Assembly: GCF_033153115.1 (NCBI RefSeq)
Contig: NW_026889805.1
Span: forward strand, 15,748,001 to 15,812,000
Length of the DNA: 64,000 bases
From: Saccostrea echinata
Lineage: Eukaryota
Direction: 5' to 3'
Below, piece after piece: positions 50,501-64,000 of this stretch (within the stretch, counting starts at the first letter, position 1; each line of letters starts with the position of its first letter). Below the pieces are notes generated by a model. The model was not told where the DNA came from and did no database searches. It saw only the letters and a program-made list of their open reading frames with translations. A program made the position numbers and the translations under genes.

Positions 50501-51791
50501 ATATTTTTGCCCTGAATTTAGCTCCTGGACGAACATCCGAATTACGAAACCTTATAACATATCAACAAGACACAATCAATCATATTCTAAAAGTAGATTT
50601 GGCTACTTCATAAAATGTAGGAGGAAATCATGAGTTCAGAGGAACATATAGTTTTTGTAGGGGAAAAAAAAACATTGTTGTGGTTTGTACCCCAATTTTC
50701 CTCCCCTTTGAAAGCAAAAATTCTGAAATCTTATTGCACATCTACAGAAAACTACCAATCACAGATCAAAAGCTGATTTGGCTATAGCATAAAATGTAAG
50801 AGGAGTTCTGGGAACCATTTTTTCTTGGGGGGGGGGGGATTTTTAGATTCCCCATTGGTCCCAAGGTGAAAATGGTAATTCCAAACTTTTATAGCACATC
50901 TACAGGACGTCGCCAATCACATTCCAAAAGATGATTTGCCAAAATTGCTTCAAAAAAAGATTGATTGTATGTTGTTTTACGTCTCGTTCGAGAATTTCAC
51001 CCATATAGAGACGTCACCATATACCGGTGAAGGGTTTCAAATTTAGATCTTTACTCGGCACTTAGGGCCATTGAGCAGTGAGGGTTCTTTATCATGGCAA
51101 CCCCTGTCGTGAGCACGGTGCCTCGGTTTTTAAATAAGGTCTCATCAGAAAGATCAGCAACTTTCACTTGAAAGTGCCGAGTGCTTGGCAAAGGCATCCG
51201 GAACACCTCGGGCCTTTCACAGAAAGGCCCGAGGTGTTCCGGATGTGGCAAAGGTAGAGTTGCTTCCGGCTTAGGTCTGCCGCAGCCGGGGTTTGAACCC
51301 ACGACCTTCCAATCACGGAGCGTAAAAAAAAGAGAAGTTTAAGGAAGAAGAATTTGTAGAAAAAACGTCGCTTATCAAATCCTTATAAGCCCCAGGGTGA
51401 AAATGAAAATTTCAAAATCTTTTTGCACATCTACAGCACATCACATTTTGTATTTCAAAATATAAAACTTTTTTTTTATACACAGAAGGCTTCTTTTCGA
51501 AAATTATTTTATGGGTTAGTTCCGGTCTATATCAGACAGACTGTTTAAATCTTTGTTTAGTTTACTGAGTGTCATATATTGCATAAATATGTTATCATCG
51601 TCGATAATAAACAATTCTATTGTATGTTGCAGTTAATAGAAAAGCAGAAGGAACTGCAGCCTCTGACGGGAGCCGTTGAACCGGAAGAGGTTGCCAAGGT
51701 GATCCTGTTTCTAGCCTCGGACCAATCATCATCGATCACAGGAGAACTAATTTATGTGGATGGAGGGCGTCACGTCTTAATGCCCCTGTGA
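45466..51791 (+). CDS. SDR copy C, 260 aa, coding sequence intact
   Basis: Exons 45466-45502, 46587-46726, 48399-48491, 49485-49623, 49705-49745, 49903-49972, 50061-50097, 50189-50255 and 51633-51791 total 783 nt in frame. Motifs TGANSGIG, NNAG and YGMSK. GC donor at 46727. Confidence 0.88.
45675..46391. mobile_element. 717-bp foldback MITE with TTAA flanks in SDR-C intron 1 (right-truncated copy at about 34080-34613)
   Basis: TTAA-GGTTTTGCCAAAG...CTTTGGCAAAACC-TTAA with imperfect inverted arms of about 280 bp. Absent from copy D at about 57900. Confidence 0.85.
46761..48129 (-). mobile_element. Non-autonomous Helitron, 1,369 bp, in SDR-C intron 2
   Basis: Minus strand begins TC(TATACT) and ends with the hairpin CCCGCGC-TT-GCGCGGG, then ATTTCAT-CTAG. 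It is inserted between A and T with no TSD. The empty site GTATACA|TTTTAGTAGG is in copy D at 58272-58273. Confidence 0.9.
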
Positions 51792-53781
51792 TGTAAATTA
51801 CATTTTTGGTTTATAGAATAATATGGCCTGAGAGATTTTCGGACTTTCAGATTTTATGTCAATTGCCCCCCTAAAGTGAAAATCAAAATCTATGCCTCCC
51901 TCGCTTATCTTTCACAGCCTTGATTCTACTCTGAATGGAGTTCTTCAGTGCATTTATCTTTTACAAATATTATTAAACCATTCCAACGATGCAGCCCTTA
52001 GCTGGTGGAGCGACATGCAAACAATAAATTTTAGTTTTAAAATGCACATTTTAAAGAATCCAGACATACAAACGGTAGAGAAATAACTAAAGAAAATCTG
52101 CATTGTGACTTTTTTATGTAAAATTATGCATCTGGGGATGCATAATCAATAATAATGCTTTGGATGTTGGTTTCTGGGATTAATAATGGTGCTATTTTTA
52201 TAACGAGATCCATCCCAAAGTGAATACAAATCCAACAATAGCCAATCTTGCAAAGACGTTGCATTGGAGAATACATACATCATGTTTCAGATTTTGCTTG
52301 ATGACCTTCATTTCACAGCTTCAGGATTAATCATTCTGGTAATGGTAAATCTCACGTAATCCAAATTTTGAATATGCATTTACATATGAAATATTTATTT
52401 GCCAAATGGTTGTAATTAGATTTTTTTAAAAAATGATATCAATTTGGAGCCAAAAAGCGGAGTTTGTCTGTTTCAACTCCTTAATTATTACCCTTTTATT
52501 AAGGTCAATTTCCTTTGTGATAAAAGTTTTTAGAAAAGCAGTCATTGACAGCAGCCATTGACCGGGGGGGGGGGGGGGGTTGCCATGATGAAGCCAGTTA
52601 GCATCAGTCACCAGTAACCTATTTTTATAGTTGGAGAGGACATGCTAAGGAACCTCTGCAAAGGAATACTGTGGAATCATCACTGTTCGTGGGGGACCAA
52701 TTAATCTTTATGGATTTCGTGGGTCACCCTTACCCACGAATTAATGTCCACAGAACTATAACGTTGTCAATATATTGGTTCATTGAGTCTTCTGTATAAA
52801 CAGCTCACCAACGAAATTGTCCTTTTGAATCAGTAAAATTTCGGTTGCCCACAAACCGTGACCTCTATGAATTAAAATTATTCCACAGTAGATATTGGTA
52901 AATTGAAGCAAAAAGCTGATCATGAAAAAGTAACAACATGTATATGTTTTCTAGACGTTTCCTGTTAAAGTCTGAAATCTAATTCTATGACTGTTTATAT
53001 TCAGTAATTCTCAGTGGAAGTGACAGTTTTTCATACATCAACTGTCAGATCTTTTTCATGCTATAGATATAGGACTATGTAGATAAAATGTATGATTTTT
53101 TAATATTTCCCATGCAAATATTTTACATTGTATACGCTATAACATATAATAAACAATCAGTAGAAAATTTATTATTGCACATTATTTGACTAAACATTTT
53201 TGCAGGAATGTAAATGTATTAATATCCTTAGGCATCACAATCACATACAAAAAAAATCACTGAACACAATGTGTACTTTATAGCTACAGAAAAAAAATAT
53301 ACACATAGGGTAATTAGTAACATCAGTAAGGCTTAGTATGTGTGCTGAATTGAAATGTGACTAAATGGAATGTAAATGGCATACATTTCTTATAGAAATG
53401 ATACATTGTCAAATATCAAGTAAAATAAATGGTTATCACAGAAATTGTGTATTATTTTTTACGTTTACCTTCAAGGCTCAATTCTAAAGAAGAAAATATT
53501 TTTAAAAATCTAGATAGTACATCAAAAACATCTTCAAAATTGTAACAACTAAAAATACAATTTGTATGTTACATAAAATTTCCTTTTCTCAAAATTATTA
53601 ATAATTGAACAACAAAAATTTTTTTTGGCTGCTGATTGTTACATGTATCTATAGACATGGCCTCACCATTAAAAAGTGCTCAACTGATGCAGGCGAGCAG
53701 AAGGCACAAGAATTTGGCGACAAGGAATTTTGGAGAATCATTTTTTCTCTTAATAATAAATAGAACTAAATCCTTGACGAA

Positions 53782-56700
53782 TCATTCTGTGGTTGCCTTG
53801 CTATCATCTGGACACTTAATTGACTTAAGAGTCCGGAGCAGGAGAGTGATACTGTCTCTAGATGTTTTAATCTGAGCCTCGACAAACGTAGACAATGCCT
53901 CCCCAAAGGCCAAAAGTCTCTGTTGCCTGAAGGACTTCAACTACAACAGAATTGAATGGACACTATTCATTCTAGTGTCAAATGTTTTGAAGCAGAGGGA
54001 AAAAAAGCATAAATAGGATTAAATATATGTTGTGATACATATCTATACATGTACCAGATACTACTGATTACTTTTTATCAATCAAGTAATCCAACCAAAA
54101 TTATCCAAATTGTAAACACATGAAAATCTGTTGTTAAATTTATCCAAATTTGAATTTAAGAAATAAACGATTTCCTTTTTTGCAGCCTCTTGATTTACAA
54201 AACATTGTAAAACTTGAGATCTTAATTTACCTCCTGTCGGGCAGTGTCTGAGCATTCTTCAAATGATTTCTCAGTGGTAAGTTTGACCTCCTCTGCCTAA
54301 AAATATACACAAAAATGCAAATAAAATTCTCTGAAAATGTGAGAATTAGTCTCAGTTATACCTATTATTTTTATTTAAACTTAATCATGCTCACTGCTGT
54401 TCTTTTGTTTGGCTTGGCTTTCTCTAGAGACTTGTTGGCATCTTCATATGTCACCAGCAAACAAGTCCTCCTAAATAACATCTCCTACAAAACAGGATAG
54501 AGAGGACTGTCGTAACCAAAGGGGTATTTATTCTTATGATTTGGTTTTTAGGTCACCTTTGATTTGATTTCATGAAGGGGAAGGTCAAAAAAATCTGCTG
54601 TTTCTAAACTACATGCACCTTCACACTTTCCAACTACTTGGCATACAGATCAAGATGAACTCCCAAGCTTTTTTCATCATTTCTAGACATAACTTCCAGG
54701 CCATGCTGAAATATAGAAGAAAACATGGCTATAAGGCAGCCATCTATTTACAACAAAAATTCTCAAATCTATATTCAAGATGAAAGCACCATATACTAGG
54801 AGATAGGTGTGAAAGGGAGGGAGGTGGGAGGGATGCTGCAAATGAAATGAGAAGAAATGAAAACAAATCCATCCTACATTTAGTTGTTTTTGTGTTCAAG
54901 GTAAATGTAAGGAGATGCTAGAAACTGAACCTCATATTGTCTTATAAAAATATATGTATATACCCCAGAAGTCAATTTCAAGTTAATTATATATTTTCTG
55001 TCATATTTAAAAAGAAATTTCACAATAGGGGAATATCAGCCATGATTGTGTAGGTATTAATTTTTCTTAAAGATGCTAAATAAATAAAGTAACATGCTTT
55101 TTTAAAAGAAGTGAATTAATCACCTTGACATTTTCTGCACCTTCACCAAGAATCAACTGGTATCTGGAAATCAAAATTTCAAATGCTATCACAGATGTGT
55201 CATATTTTGTAACAAGAAATATTTTACACTAAATGCCATTTGGGTATAAAATGAGAGAAAACAAATGTAACCTGTTCATCTCTTTTTGAGAGTCATCTGT
55301 AAACGGAATGGTCTCCTTGAGTACCGTTGTTAAGTGACCATAACAGTTGGCTAATCCTAGAAAAATCAGGATTTTTAAGATAATAATATTTCAGATTGCA
55401 ATTCTCTTGTAAGCCAAAGATTACTGATTTATGGCACATTGATACATTTATTTGAAGATATGTTCATATACCCACTCATTTGTGCAAACAACATCTTGTT
55501 GAAATTCCATTTTAAAAAAATCCATTAAAAATGTCTTGCACACATTGAATATTATATTAGAAGTACATGCAACATTAAATTGAGTACAACATAGTGATGA
55601 AATGACCATATATAATTCTAACACATTATTTTACCAGAGAAGACTCTTTCATACAAGCTGCATATTTAGTGGCCCAATCCCGCTGTGTCTGGAAGTATTC
55701 ATCTACATCCTATAGAACAAACAGTTTATTTATCTTCATACTAGGTACTAACACTTCTGTTTTCTTTCATGCAGATGACATTATTTATACGTTATTAATG
55801 ATCGTGACTTGCCCTGTGTTGGCCTTTCCTTGCCTCATCCACTGCCTGGGAGACTCGCATAAACAAACTCTTCTTCAGTTTGGTCCTCACTGCTGCCTAA
55901 AAATAATCTGTCAATATACTCATGCTTCCATAATTAAAATACCTAAAGTTGATGCATCAGTCCATTTTTTTAAAAAATGTAAATGCTGGAATAGTATTTG
56001 TGCTTCATTATTTACAGAATTCATACTTTGGCACCACCCAAATTATAAACTCTAAGGCATGTCACATTTAATAACACTGATAGCACCAATAGCTCTAAAA
56101 GTGCATGACCTATGCTTGCCCTAATTTTGGAATACACTAAACAGTACATTTACAGTTCTCAGAAGTAAAACATACCTCTTTCTCACAAAGAAACTTCTTC
56201 AGTAATTCACTTTTTCCAAACTTTTCATGGGAAATCACCATTTTCAGGTATCTGAAAAAAGTATAGCTACGGGTTCTAAAAAATCCCCTTTTCAAGTAAA
56301 AAGAGTTTTTTTTTAAAAAGATAAATGTTTTATCAATGAAATAGATACAATAACAACAGAAATGAAAATTGTCTTTTCTTTAAAATCTATGAACTTTGAA
56401 CCCATGCTCTATACAACAATCATTTTAGCTTTGCTATGGAGATAGTGAGTAACGAAGCAAAGACGTGAATTTTAAGGTCTGATTATATAATATCTTTTTC
56501 TATCAAACCTTTCTACATTCCTACAGTCTTTGTGAAACTCATCAGCCATGATGATATTGGCATCACTGCCTAGCTGCTTCTTTGTTTTGGACTCGGCAGC
56601 CTTGGCATCATATTCTGCCTTTGCAGGAAGGGGAGGGATCTAAAAGAGGTGAATTTAATAAATCAGTTTGTCACATAAAGGCTCAGAGTCACAAGTAACT

Positions 56701-56991
56701 TGAGATAAATAAGTGTAACTTCCTTTGTTGCTAGCCTTTTAATCCTATAAGAGGAAGAATGTAAAGTGATAGCAAGGAAATATTTAAATGTATCATTCAG
56801 AGATACGGATGTGTTGTGATGAGACCATATCAAGATTTGCAAAATTTTAGTAAAAGAATGTCAATTTTTCATAAACATGTTTTAACACTTACAATGCAGC
56901 CCACAACTCCATCTTCAGTCATTAAGCAATGCTGTAGCCATTCTAAGTCTTCATACTCGCGGACTACTTCTTCAGACTCCTCACTACCCAA
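53782..56991 (-). pseudogene. 5'-truncated SNX5/6/32-like PX-BAR sorting nexin, 12 exons
   Basis: Exons 56991-56893, 56639-56509, 56251-56176, 55896-55813, 55709-55635, 55506-55476, 55356-55272, 55163-55124, 54705-54619, 54484-54395, 54296-54231 and 53940-53782 translate as VVREYEDLEWLQHCL..IIPPLPAK..YLKMVISHEKF..KFL (PX) and DVDEYFQ..EMLFRRTCLLVTYEDANKSLEKAK..ARQELKSFRQQR (BAR). There is an in-frame TAG at 54636-54634 and a GG instead of AG acceptor at 55508-55507. Upstream exons are replaced at the breakpoint near 57172. Confidence 0.85.
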
Positions 56992-57688
56992 CTATATTTA
57001 AAAACAACCAGAAGTCTCTGATGAGACTGTAGCTCTACTGGTTTGTACTTAAAGCAAAGGAAAAGCAAAGTAGGACTTGGCTTGAAACTTTGCAACTGCA
57101 TTAAATAGAATAATGATCCTTGGTTAAGTCTCTTTTGGCAAGATTTATTGCAATCAGACTAAAACTGTCTGTCTATCAGAGTTTTTCTCTGTGTATATTT
57201 GCTCGAAAAATCTCAAATGATCGACTTCAATTATCCAAATAGATTACCAGAAATATTTGATTACAGATCACTTCATTCAAAAACTTGGAAGTGTGGCTAT
57301 TTGACCAAGATGAACATCGTTTCACGCATCTGCCTAACAACCCACTACAAAGGTTTCATCACAACCGGTTGAGTAGTGACTGCAAACACTGGCGGTCAAA
57401 AAGTATTTGATGCTAGAGAAAAAAAAACGGTTAAAAAAAACTTTTCCCATACTACGACTGAGGAACAAAATTATGCCTCATAATTGACTTTACAAATTAC
57501 ATCCAAGTGCGTTAATTGACTCAGCAAACAGTAGTTGCTGTCATATTTATGAATGTTAGTGATGCCTGCAGTAGATATATGTAATTGATAAACAAAATTA
57601 AGCTAAATCTTTTCTCATTAAATCGAGTTGCCTAGTTACGCAGGCGGTAAGGAACCTGTTGAATTACGTTGTTTATGCATTTAGGATG

Positions 57689-60600
57689 ATGGCTTCCCTT
57701 TTTAACAAAGTCATAATTATAACAGGTAAGTTTTTTCACTTATTCTATGGTTATAAATTTTCTGATGTTAAAAAAACTTTAGCAATTTATTTGTTTTTAG
57801 TCATTGCATGTAATACATGTATTTATAATATCCCCTTTTTTCGATGTGACGTAAATGAGCCTCCCTGTAAAGGTTCAAGCAAATGGAATGGAAAACTAGT
57901 TTGTCTTACCATATTGAAGCAATGGAACAGTGTCCAGTAAACATTAGAGCAAGGGAGTCGTATATCCGTAATGTTGTCATATGTTTCCACAGTTGTGTTA
58001 TGTTTTGATCTCATCCTTAAAAACAGCATACAATCAACATATTCAAATTCAGATATTGACTTTCTTGATTTTTGTTAAATTTGGATATTTGATAACAGGT
58101 GCTAATTCTGGAATAGGAGCTGCAACTGCACTTGCATTCGCCAAAGCTGGTGCAAGGTTAGTTTTAGCGGCACGGAATCTGGAGAAACTAAACAATGTAG
58201 CTAATGAATGCTCGGCTAAGGGACTACCACAAGAAAAGGCAAGTATATCGTAACTCAGCAAGTATGTATACATTTTAGTAGGCTGCTTTGGCTGCGTTCT
58301 TGAACCAAAGGTACAGAGAATCAGTCTCGTTTAAAGTAGAAAGTGGTGGTAATTCCTGATAGACATTCACCTTTGAGTGAACAATGTTTTTTAAAAATCT
58401 AACTCAAATTGCATAAAAAGATCTTTAAAAAGACTGCCCTTTGGGGTAAGAAATAGTGGCACATCACAAATAAAATTTTTAAAAAGTTTGAAAATAATGA
58501 GTCCATCCCTTTTCATTTTTTTTTCCTCTTGATAATGGGCATAGGTGTTAGTCAAAGGATGTGATGTCACGAATGAAGAAAATTTGAAAGGTTTGGTTGG
58601 ATCGACTCTAGAGAAATACGGACAAATCGACGTACTGGTAAGCTGTTTCGGGGGCGGGGGTGGGGTGGGTGGGTATAACATGTATTTTTGTACTCAAACC
58701 CTCCAGTATTTGATTTATAAGCTAAGGTTAAATGAACATATTTACCCAAATCTGTTTTTAGTTAATAAATGCACAGATCTGTTATTAAAAAGTATATATC
58801 CATCATTAAAAGATTTTCTATTAATTTCATATAAAGTTGGTACAAGAAGGAAAAAGAAAAAAAGAAAGGATTTGTTAAAATATGAATTAAAAACGATAAC
58901 AAATAATGAAATGATATTTAATATAACAGATATTTTTCATTTAAGTCATCAACTATAAAAAGGCATCAAATATGATAAAGAACCATAGATTGTTGTTCAG
59001 GGATGGAAATAATTACAAATCAGTCAAATATTTTATATTGGTTAAAAAACTGAAATATCATTATTCCAACTTGGCAAACTGTTATGGCATACACGAACCT
59101 TGGTTAAGATTTATTTTGATTCATTTGTTATATTTTGAATTATGGATTCCTGTCTCGAGTTTTGATTCAAAAAACTTTTTATTCTAAATTAGTTACCTTT
59201 TCCTGTTGGGGAACAGAAAAAAAAATCGTCATATTATTTTAAAAATTTAGGTGAACAATGCAGGGAGTGGTCGATACGTCAATTATCTTGAAACAACAAG
59301 GGATGTGTTCGATACTACCTTTAACCTCAACATCCGCGCCCCTTTTTTTCTCACCAAGATGTGTACTACTCACTTGCAGAAAACTAAAGGTAAAAATCGA
59401 AGCTGAAATTCAATTGCAAGTCACAATATTTAAAATAAAGGTTGCAATACGGAGTTTGCTATTTTTATAGGATGTGTGGTAAATGTGTCAAGCCTTGCAG
59501 GACAACGTACTGTAAGTTAAACCAATTTTACATTTAAAAGTGTTTTTGTATGAATATAAAAAGGAAAGTAGCATATTTTAGACTGTTATGCATATACTGG
59601 TTGCACATTCTGCTGTATGTACAATTTCAATCCTAGCAATTTATAAAAACACTACTTTGCTTCCACAGTTTCCGATTGCGATGGTGTACGGTATGAGTAA
59701 AGCAGCAATGGACCAGTTTACCAGGACTCTCGCTATTGGTCAGTTATTTTGTATAAATATTTCTCTTAATGCTTCCTATAGGTTTTTATTTTATTTCATT
59801 ATGTAGAATTCTCCTTTATTTAATAGATTTAGCCAAAGAAAATGTTCGGGTTAATTCAGTTAAGTAAGTAATAAAGAGGAGAGAATTATTTCAAATTGGA
59901 GTTAAATAAGTTTTGTAGAATCTAGTTCAAGCTAATTTTCATTTATCTTTTCAGCCCTGGGGTTATCAAGAGTTTTGAATTTCAGAAGAGAGCAGGAATG
60001 ACGGAGCAAATCTACAACCAAGTATGCATATAGTATCAAAACAAAAATTAATTCATTAAATAAATAAAAATAAAAAAAACTAGATGATGTCATAAGAGAG
60101 AGTAAGTTTGTCTCATAATTTTTGTTTTCCTTCGTACCTGGGTAACTAGTCAAGAAGCAACAATACTTGTATCAATTTCAGCATAAAATGCGCAGATGAA
60201 CATGGGGCCTATCGACCTTAATGAAGCATAAATTCTATTTAAAACGAGTTTTGGATAGAAAATATTGCATATTTTTACCCTGAATTTAGCTCCTGGACGA
60301 AAATGCGAATTACGAAACCTTATAACATATCAACAAGACACAATCAATCATATTCTAAAAGTAGATTTGGCTACTTCATAAAATGTAGGAGGAAATCATG
60401 AGTTCAGAGGAACATATAGTTTTTGTAGGAAAAAAAACATTGTTGTGGTTTGTACCCCAATTTTCCTCCCCTTTGAAAGCAAAAATTCTGAAATCTTATT
60501 GCACATCTACAGAAAACTACCAATCACAGATCAAAAGCTGATTTGGCTATAGCATAAAATGTAAGAGGAGTTTTGGGAACCATTTTTTCTTGGGGGGGGA

Positions 60601-61623
60601 TTTTTGGATTCCCCATTGGTCCCAAGGTGAAAATGGTAATTCCAAACTCTTATAGCACATCTACAGGACGTCGCCAATCACATTCCAAAAGATGATTTGC
60701 CTATTGCTTCAAAAAAAAGATTGATTGTATCTTGTTTTACGTCTCGTTCGAGAATTTCACTCATATAGAGACGTCACCATATACCGGTGAAGGGTTTCAA
60801 ATTTAGATCTTTACTCGGCACTTAGGGCCATTGAGCAGTGAGGGTTCTTTATCGTGGCAACCCCTGTCGTGACCACGGTGCCTCGATTTTTAAATAAGGT
60901 CTCATCAGAAAGACCAGCAACTTTCACTTGAAAGTGCCGAGTGCTTGGCAAAGGCATCCGGAACACCTCTAGGTGTTCCGGATGTGGCAAAGGTAGAGTT
61001 GCTTCCGACTTAAGTCAGCCGCAGCCGGGTTTGAACCCACGACCTTCCAATCACGGAGCGTAAAAAAAAAAGAGAAGTTTAAGAATTTGTAGAAAAAACG
61101 TCGCTTATCAAATCCTTATAAGCCCCAGGGTGAAAATGAAAATTTCAAAATCTTTTTGCACATCTACAGCACATCACATTTTGTATTTCAAAATATAAAA
61201 CTTTTTTTTTATACACAAAACGCTTCTTTTCGAAAATTATTTTATGGGTCAGTTCCGGTCTATATCAGACAGACTTAAAAAAAATACACAATACACTGAA
61301 TACTTCATCCTGAAACATCCTTAAAAGTAATGGGGCCGAGTCATTTTTTTTAATTTGACTCGATGCGCAAAGATGTTTAAATCTTTGTTTAGTTTACTGA
61401 GTGTCATATATTGCATAAATATGTTATCATCGTCGATAATAAACAATTTTATTGTATGTTGCAGTACATAGAAAAGCAGAAGGAACTGCAGCCTCTGACG
61501 GGAGCTGTTGAACCGGAAGAGGTTGCCAAGGTGATCCTGTTTCTAGCCTCGGACCAATCATCATCGATCACAGGAGAACTAATTTATGTGGATGGAGGGC
61601 GTCACGCCGTAATGCCCCTGTGA
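57689..61623 (+). CDS. SDR copy D, 260 aa, intact with native upstream region
   Basis: Exons 57689-57725, 58099-58238, 58545-58637, 59251-59389, 59471-59511, 59669-59738, 59827-59863, 59955-60021 and 61465-61623 total 783 nt in frame. An alternative ATG lies at 57686. GC donor at 58239. Confidence 0.93.
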
Positions 61624-63561
61624 TGTAAATTACATTTTTGGTTTATAGAATAATATGGCCTGAGAGATTTTCGGACTTTCAGATTTTATGTCAATTGCCC
61701 CCCTAAAGTGAAAATCAAAATCTCCTATGCCTCCCTCGCTTATCTTTCACAGCCTTGATTCTACTCTGAATGGAGTTCTTCAGTGCATTTATCTTTTACA
61801 AATATTATTAAACCATTCCAACGATGCAGCCCTTAGCTGGTGGAGCGACATGCAAACAATAAATTTTAGTTTTAAAATGCACATTTTAAAGAATCCAGAC
61901 ATACAAACGGTAGAGAAATAACTAAAGAAAATCTGCATTGTGACTTTTTTATGTAAAATTATGCATCTGGGGATGCATAATCAGTAATGATGCTTTGGAT
62001 GTTGGTTTTTGGGATTAATAATGGTGCTATTTTTATAACGAGATCCATCCCAAAGTGAATACAAATCCAACAATAGCCAAACTTGCAAAGATTGGAGAAT
62101 ACATACATCATGTTTCAGATTTTGCTTGATGACCTTCATTTTACAGCTTCAGGACTAATCATTCTGGTAATGGTAAATCTTACGTAATCCAAATTTTGAA
62201 TATGCATTTACATATTAAATATTTATTTGGCAAATGGTTGTAATTAGATTTTTTTTAAAAATGATAACAATTTGGAGCCAAAAAGCGGAGTGTGTCTATT
62301 TCAACTCCTTAATTATTACCCTTTTATTAAGGTCAATTTCCTTTGTGATAAAAGTTTTTAGAAAAGCAGTCATTGACAGCAGCCATTGATCAGGGGGAGG
62401 TTGCCATGATGAAGCCAGTTAGCATCAGTCACCTTATTTTTATAGTTGGAGAGGTCATGCTAAGGAACCTCTGCAAAGGGGGACCAATTAATCTTTATGG
62501 ATTTCATGGGTCACCCTTACCCACGTTTTAATGTCCACAGAACTATAACATTTGTCAATACATTGGTTCATTGAGTCTTCTGTATAAACAGCTCACCAAC
62601 GAAATTGTCCTTTTGAATCAGTAAAATTTCGGTTGCCCACAAACCGTGACCTCTCTGAATTAAAATTATTCCACAGTAGATATTGGTAAATTGAAGCAAA
62701 AAGCTGATCATGAAAAAGTAACAACATGTATATGTTTTCTAGACGTTTCCTGTTAAAGTCTGAAATCTAATTCTATGACTGTTTATATTCAGTAATTCTC
62801 AGTGGAAGTGACAGTTTTTCATACATCAACTGTCAGATCTTTTTCATGCTATAGATATAGGACTATGTAGATAAAATGTATGATTTTTTAATATTTCCCA
62901 TGCAAATATTTTACATTGCTATAACATATAATAAACAATCATTAGAAAATTTATTATTGCACATTATTTGACTAAACATTTTTGCAGGAATGTAAATGTA
63001 TTAATATCCTTAGGCATCACAATCATATACATAAAAAAATCACTGAACACAATGTGTACTTTATAGCTACAGAAAAAAATATACACATAGGGTAATTAGT
63101 AACATCAGTAAGGCTTAGTATGTGTGCCGAATTGACAAATGTGACTAAATGGAATGTAAATGGCATACATTTCTTATAAAAATGATACATTGTCAACTAT
63201 CAAGTAAAATAAACGGCTATCACAGAAATTGTGTATTATTTTTTACGTTTACCTTCAAAGTTCAATTCTAAAGAAAATATTTTTAAAAATCTAGATAGTA
63301 CATCAAAAACATCTTCAAAATTGTAACAACTCAAAATACAATTTGTATATTACATAAAATTTCCTTTTCTCAAAATTATTAATAATTGAACAACAAAAAA
63401 ATTTTTTTTGGCTACTGATTGTTACATGTATCTATAGACATGGCCTCACCATTAAAAAGTGCTCAACTGATGCAGGCGAGCAGAAGGCACAAGAATTTGG
63501 CGACAAGGAATTTTGGAGAATCATATTTTCTCTTAATAAATAGAACTAGATCCTTGACAAA

Positions 63562-63720
63562 TCATTCTGTGGTGGCCTTGCTATCATCTGGACACTTAAT
63601 TGACTTGAGAGTCCGGAGCAGGAGAGTGATGCTGTCTCTAGATGTTTTAATCTGAGCCTCGACAAACGTAGACAATGCCTCCCCAAAGGCCAAAAGTCTC
63701 TGTTGCCTGAAGGACTTCAA
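63562..63720 (-). CDS. Terminal exon of the probable parent SNX5/6/32-like gene (remainder beyond the window)
   Basis: TAG acceptor, then LKSFRQQRLLAFGEALSTFVEAQIKTSRDSITLLLRTLKSIKCPDDSKATTE and a stop, with no lesion. Confidence 0.65.
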   Translation of the reverse strand: MKSFRQQRLLAFGEALSTFVEAQIKTSRDSITLLLRTLKSIKCPDDSKATTE

Positions 63721-64000
63721 CTACAACAGAATTGAATGGACACTATTCTAGTGTTAAATGTTTTGAAGCAGAGGGAAAAAAAGCATTAATAGGATTAAAT
63801 ATCTGTTGTGATACATATCTATACATGTACCAGATACTACTGGTTACTTTTTATCAATCAAGTAATCCAACCAAAATTATCCAAATTGTAAACACACACA
63901 AATCTGTTAAAGGATGACTGCACTTAAGGACATGCGAAATTTGCGACAAAATAAACTTTCAAAACAAGCATTTTTCTTTTCATTGCAAGAATGGTCAACA

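Larger units (their letters stand above)
29360..54369 (+). repeat. Recent tandem segmental duplication: unit 1 at 29360-40952, unit 2 at 40954-54369
   Basis: Near-identical sequence at an offset of about 11,594 bp before and about 13,417 bp after a 1,825-bp deletion in unit 1. Junction ATACCTATTATT-a-TGAGAATACAAC at 40941-40965. Confidence 0.95.
57172..63910 (+). repeat. Older segmental duplicate (D unit), homologous to 28557-29037 plus the B/C units without their young insertions
   Basis: Homology starts at TCTATCAGA.TTTTTCTCTGT (57172 versus 28557) and continues through the SDR gene and the last SNX exon, with more divergence than between B and C. Confidence 0.9.

Noticed and set aside
54634-54636. 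Stop-codon readthrough or recoding in the SNX-like gene
   Set aside because: The same copy has a broken acceptor and lacks its 5' exons, so pseudogenisation is the simpler explanation.
57647-57684. 5'-UTR intron (GTAAGG...TTTAG) before the SDR-D start codon
   Set aside because: At 38 nt it is probably too short to splice, and it cannot be supported without transcripts.

Overview
AT-rich, intron-containing animal DNA, most likely a bivalve and probably an oyster (inferred from the repeat families, not from a search). Genes reconstructed by hand from splice sites: (1) a complete 4-exon group-I nucleoside diphosphate kinase on the minus strand; (2) two tandem, paralogous, single-exon basic ORFs of unknown family; (3) four tandem copies of a 9-exon classical short-chain dehydrogenase/reductase (A is divergent and intact, B has lost exon 2, C is intact but cut off from its native upstream DNA, D is intact); (4) a convergent SNX5/6/32-like PX-BAR sorting nexin, present as duplicated 3' fragments, one 5'-truncated pseudogene, and the last exon of a probable parent copy running off the window. 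The right half is built from two rounds of tandem segmental duplication, so filled and empty insertion sites can be compared directly. The strongest non-coding signal is a 347-nt tandem unit bounded by two minimal type-I hammerhead ribozyme motifs (a retrozyme-like circular RNA template), antisense in SDR-A intron 2 and inserted in a Penelope-like 3' fragment. This is a known class of element, so any novelty is at family level. Also present: a three-level CR1>RTE>Penelope-like nest, satellite-bearing Helentron-type elements, a Helitron, tRNA-SINEs, tiny perfect hairpin insertions with long target duplications, a 24/48-bp minisatellite whose unamplified seed survives nearby, and GC-AG introns in three unrelated genes. 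All coordinates were read by eye; no searches were run.
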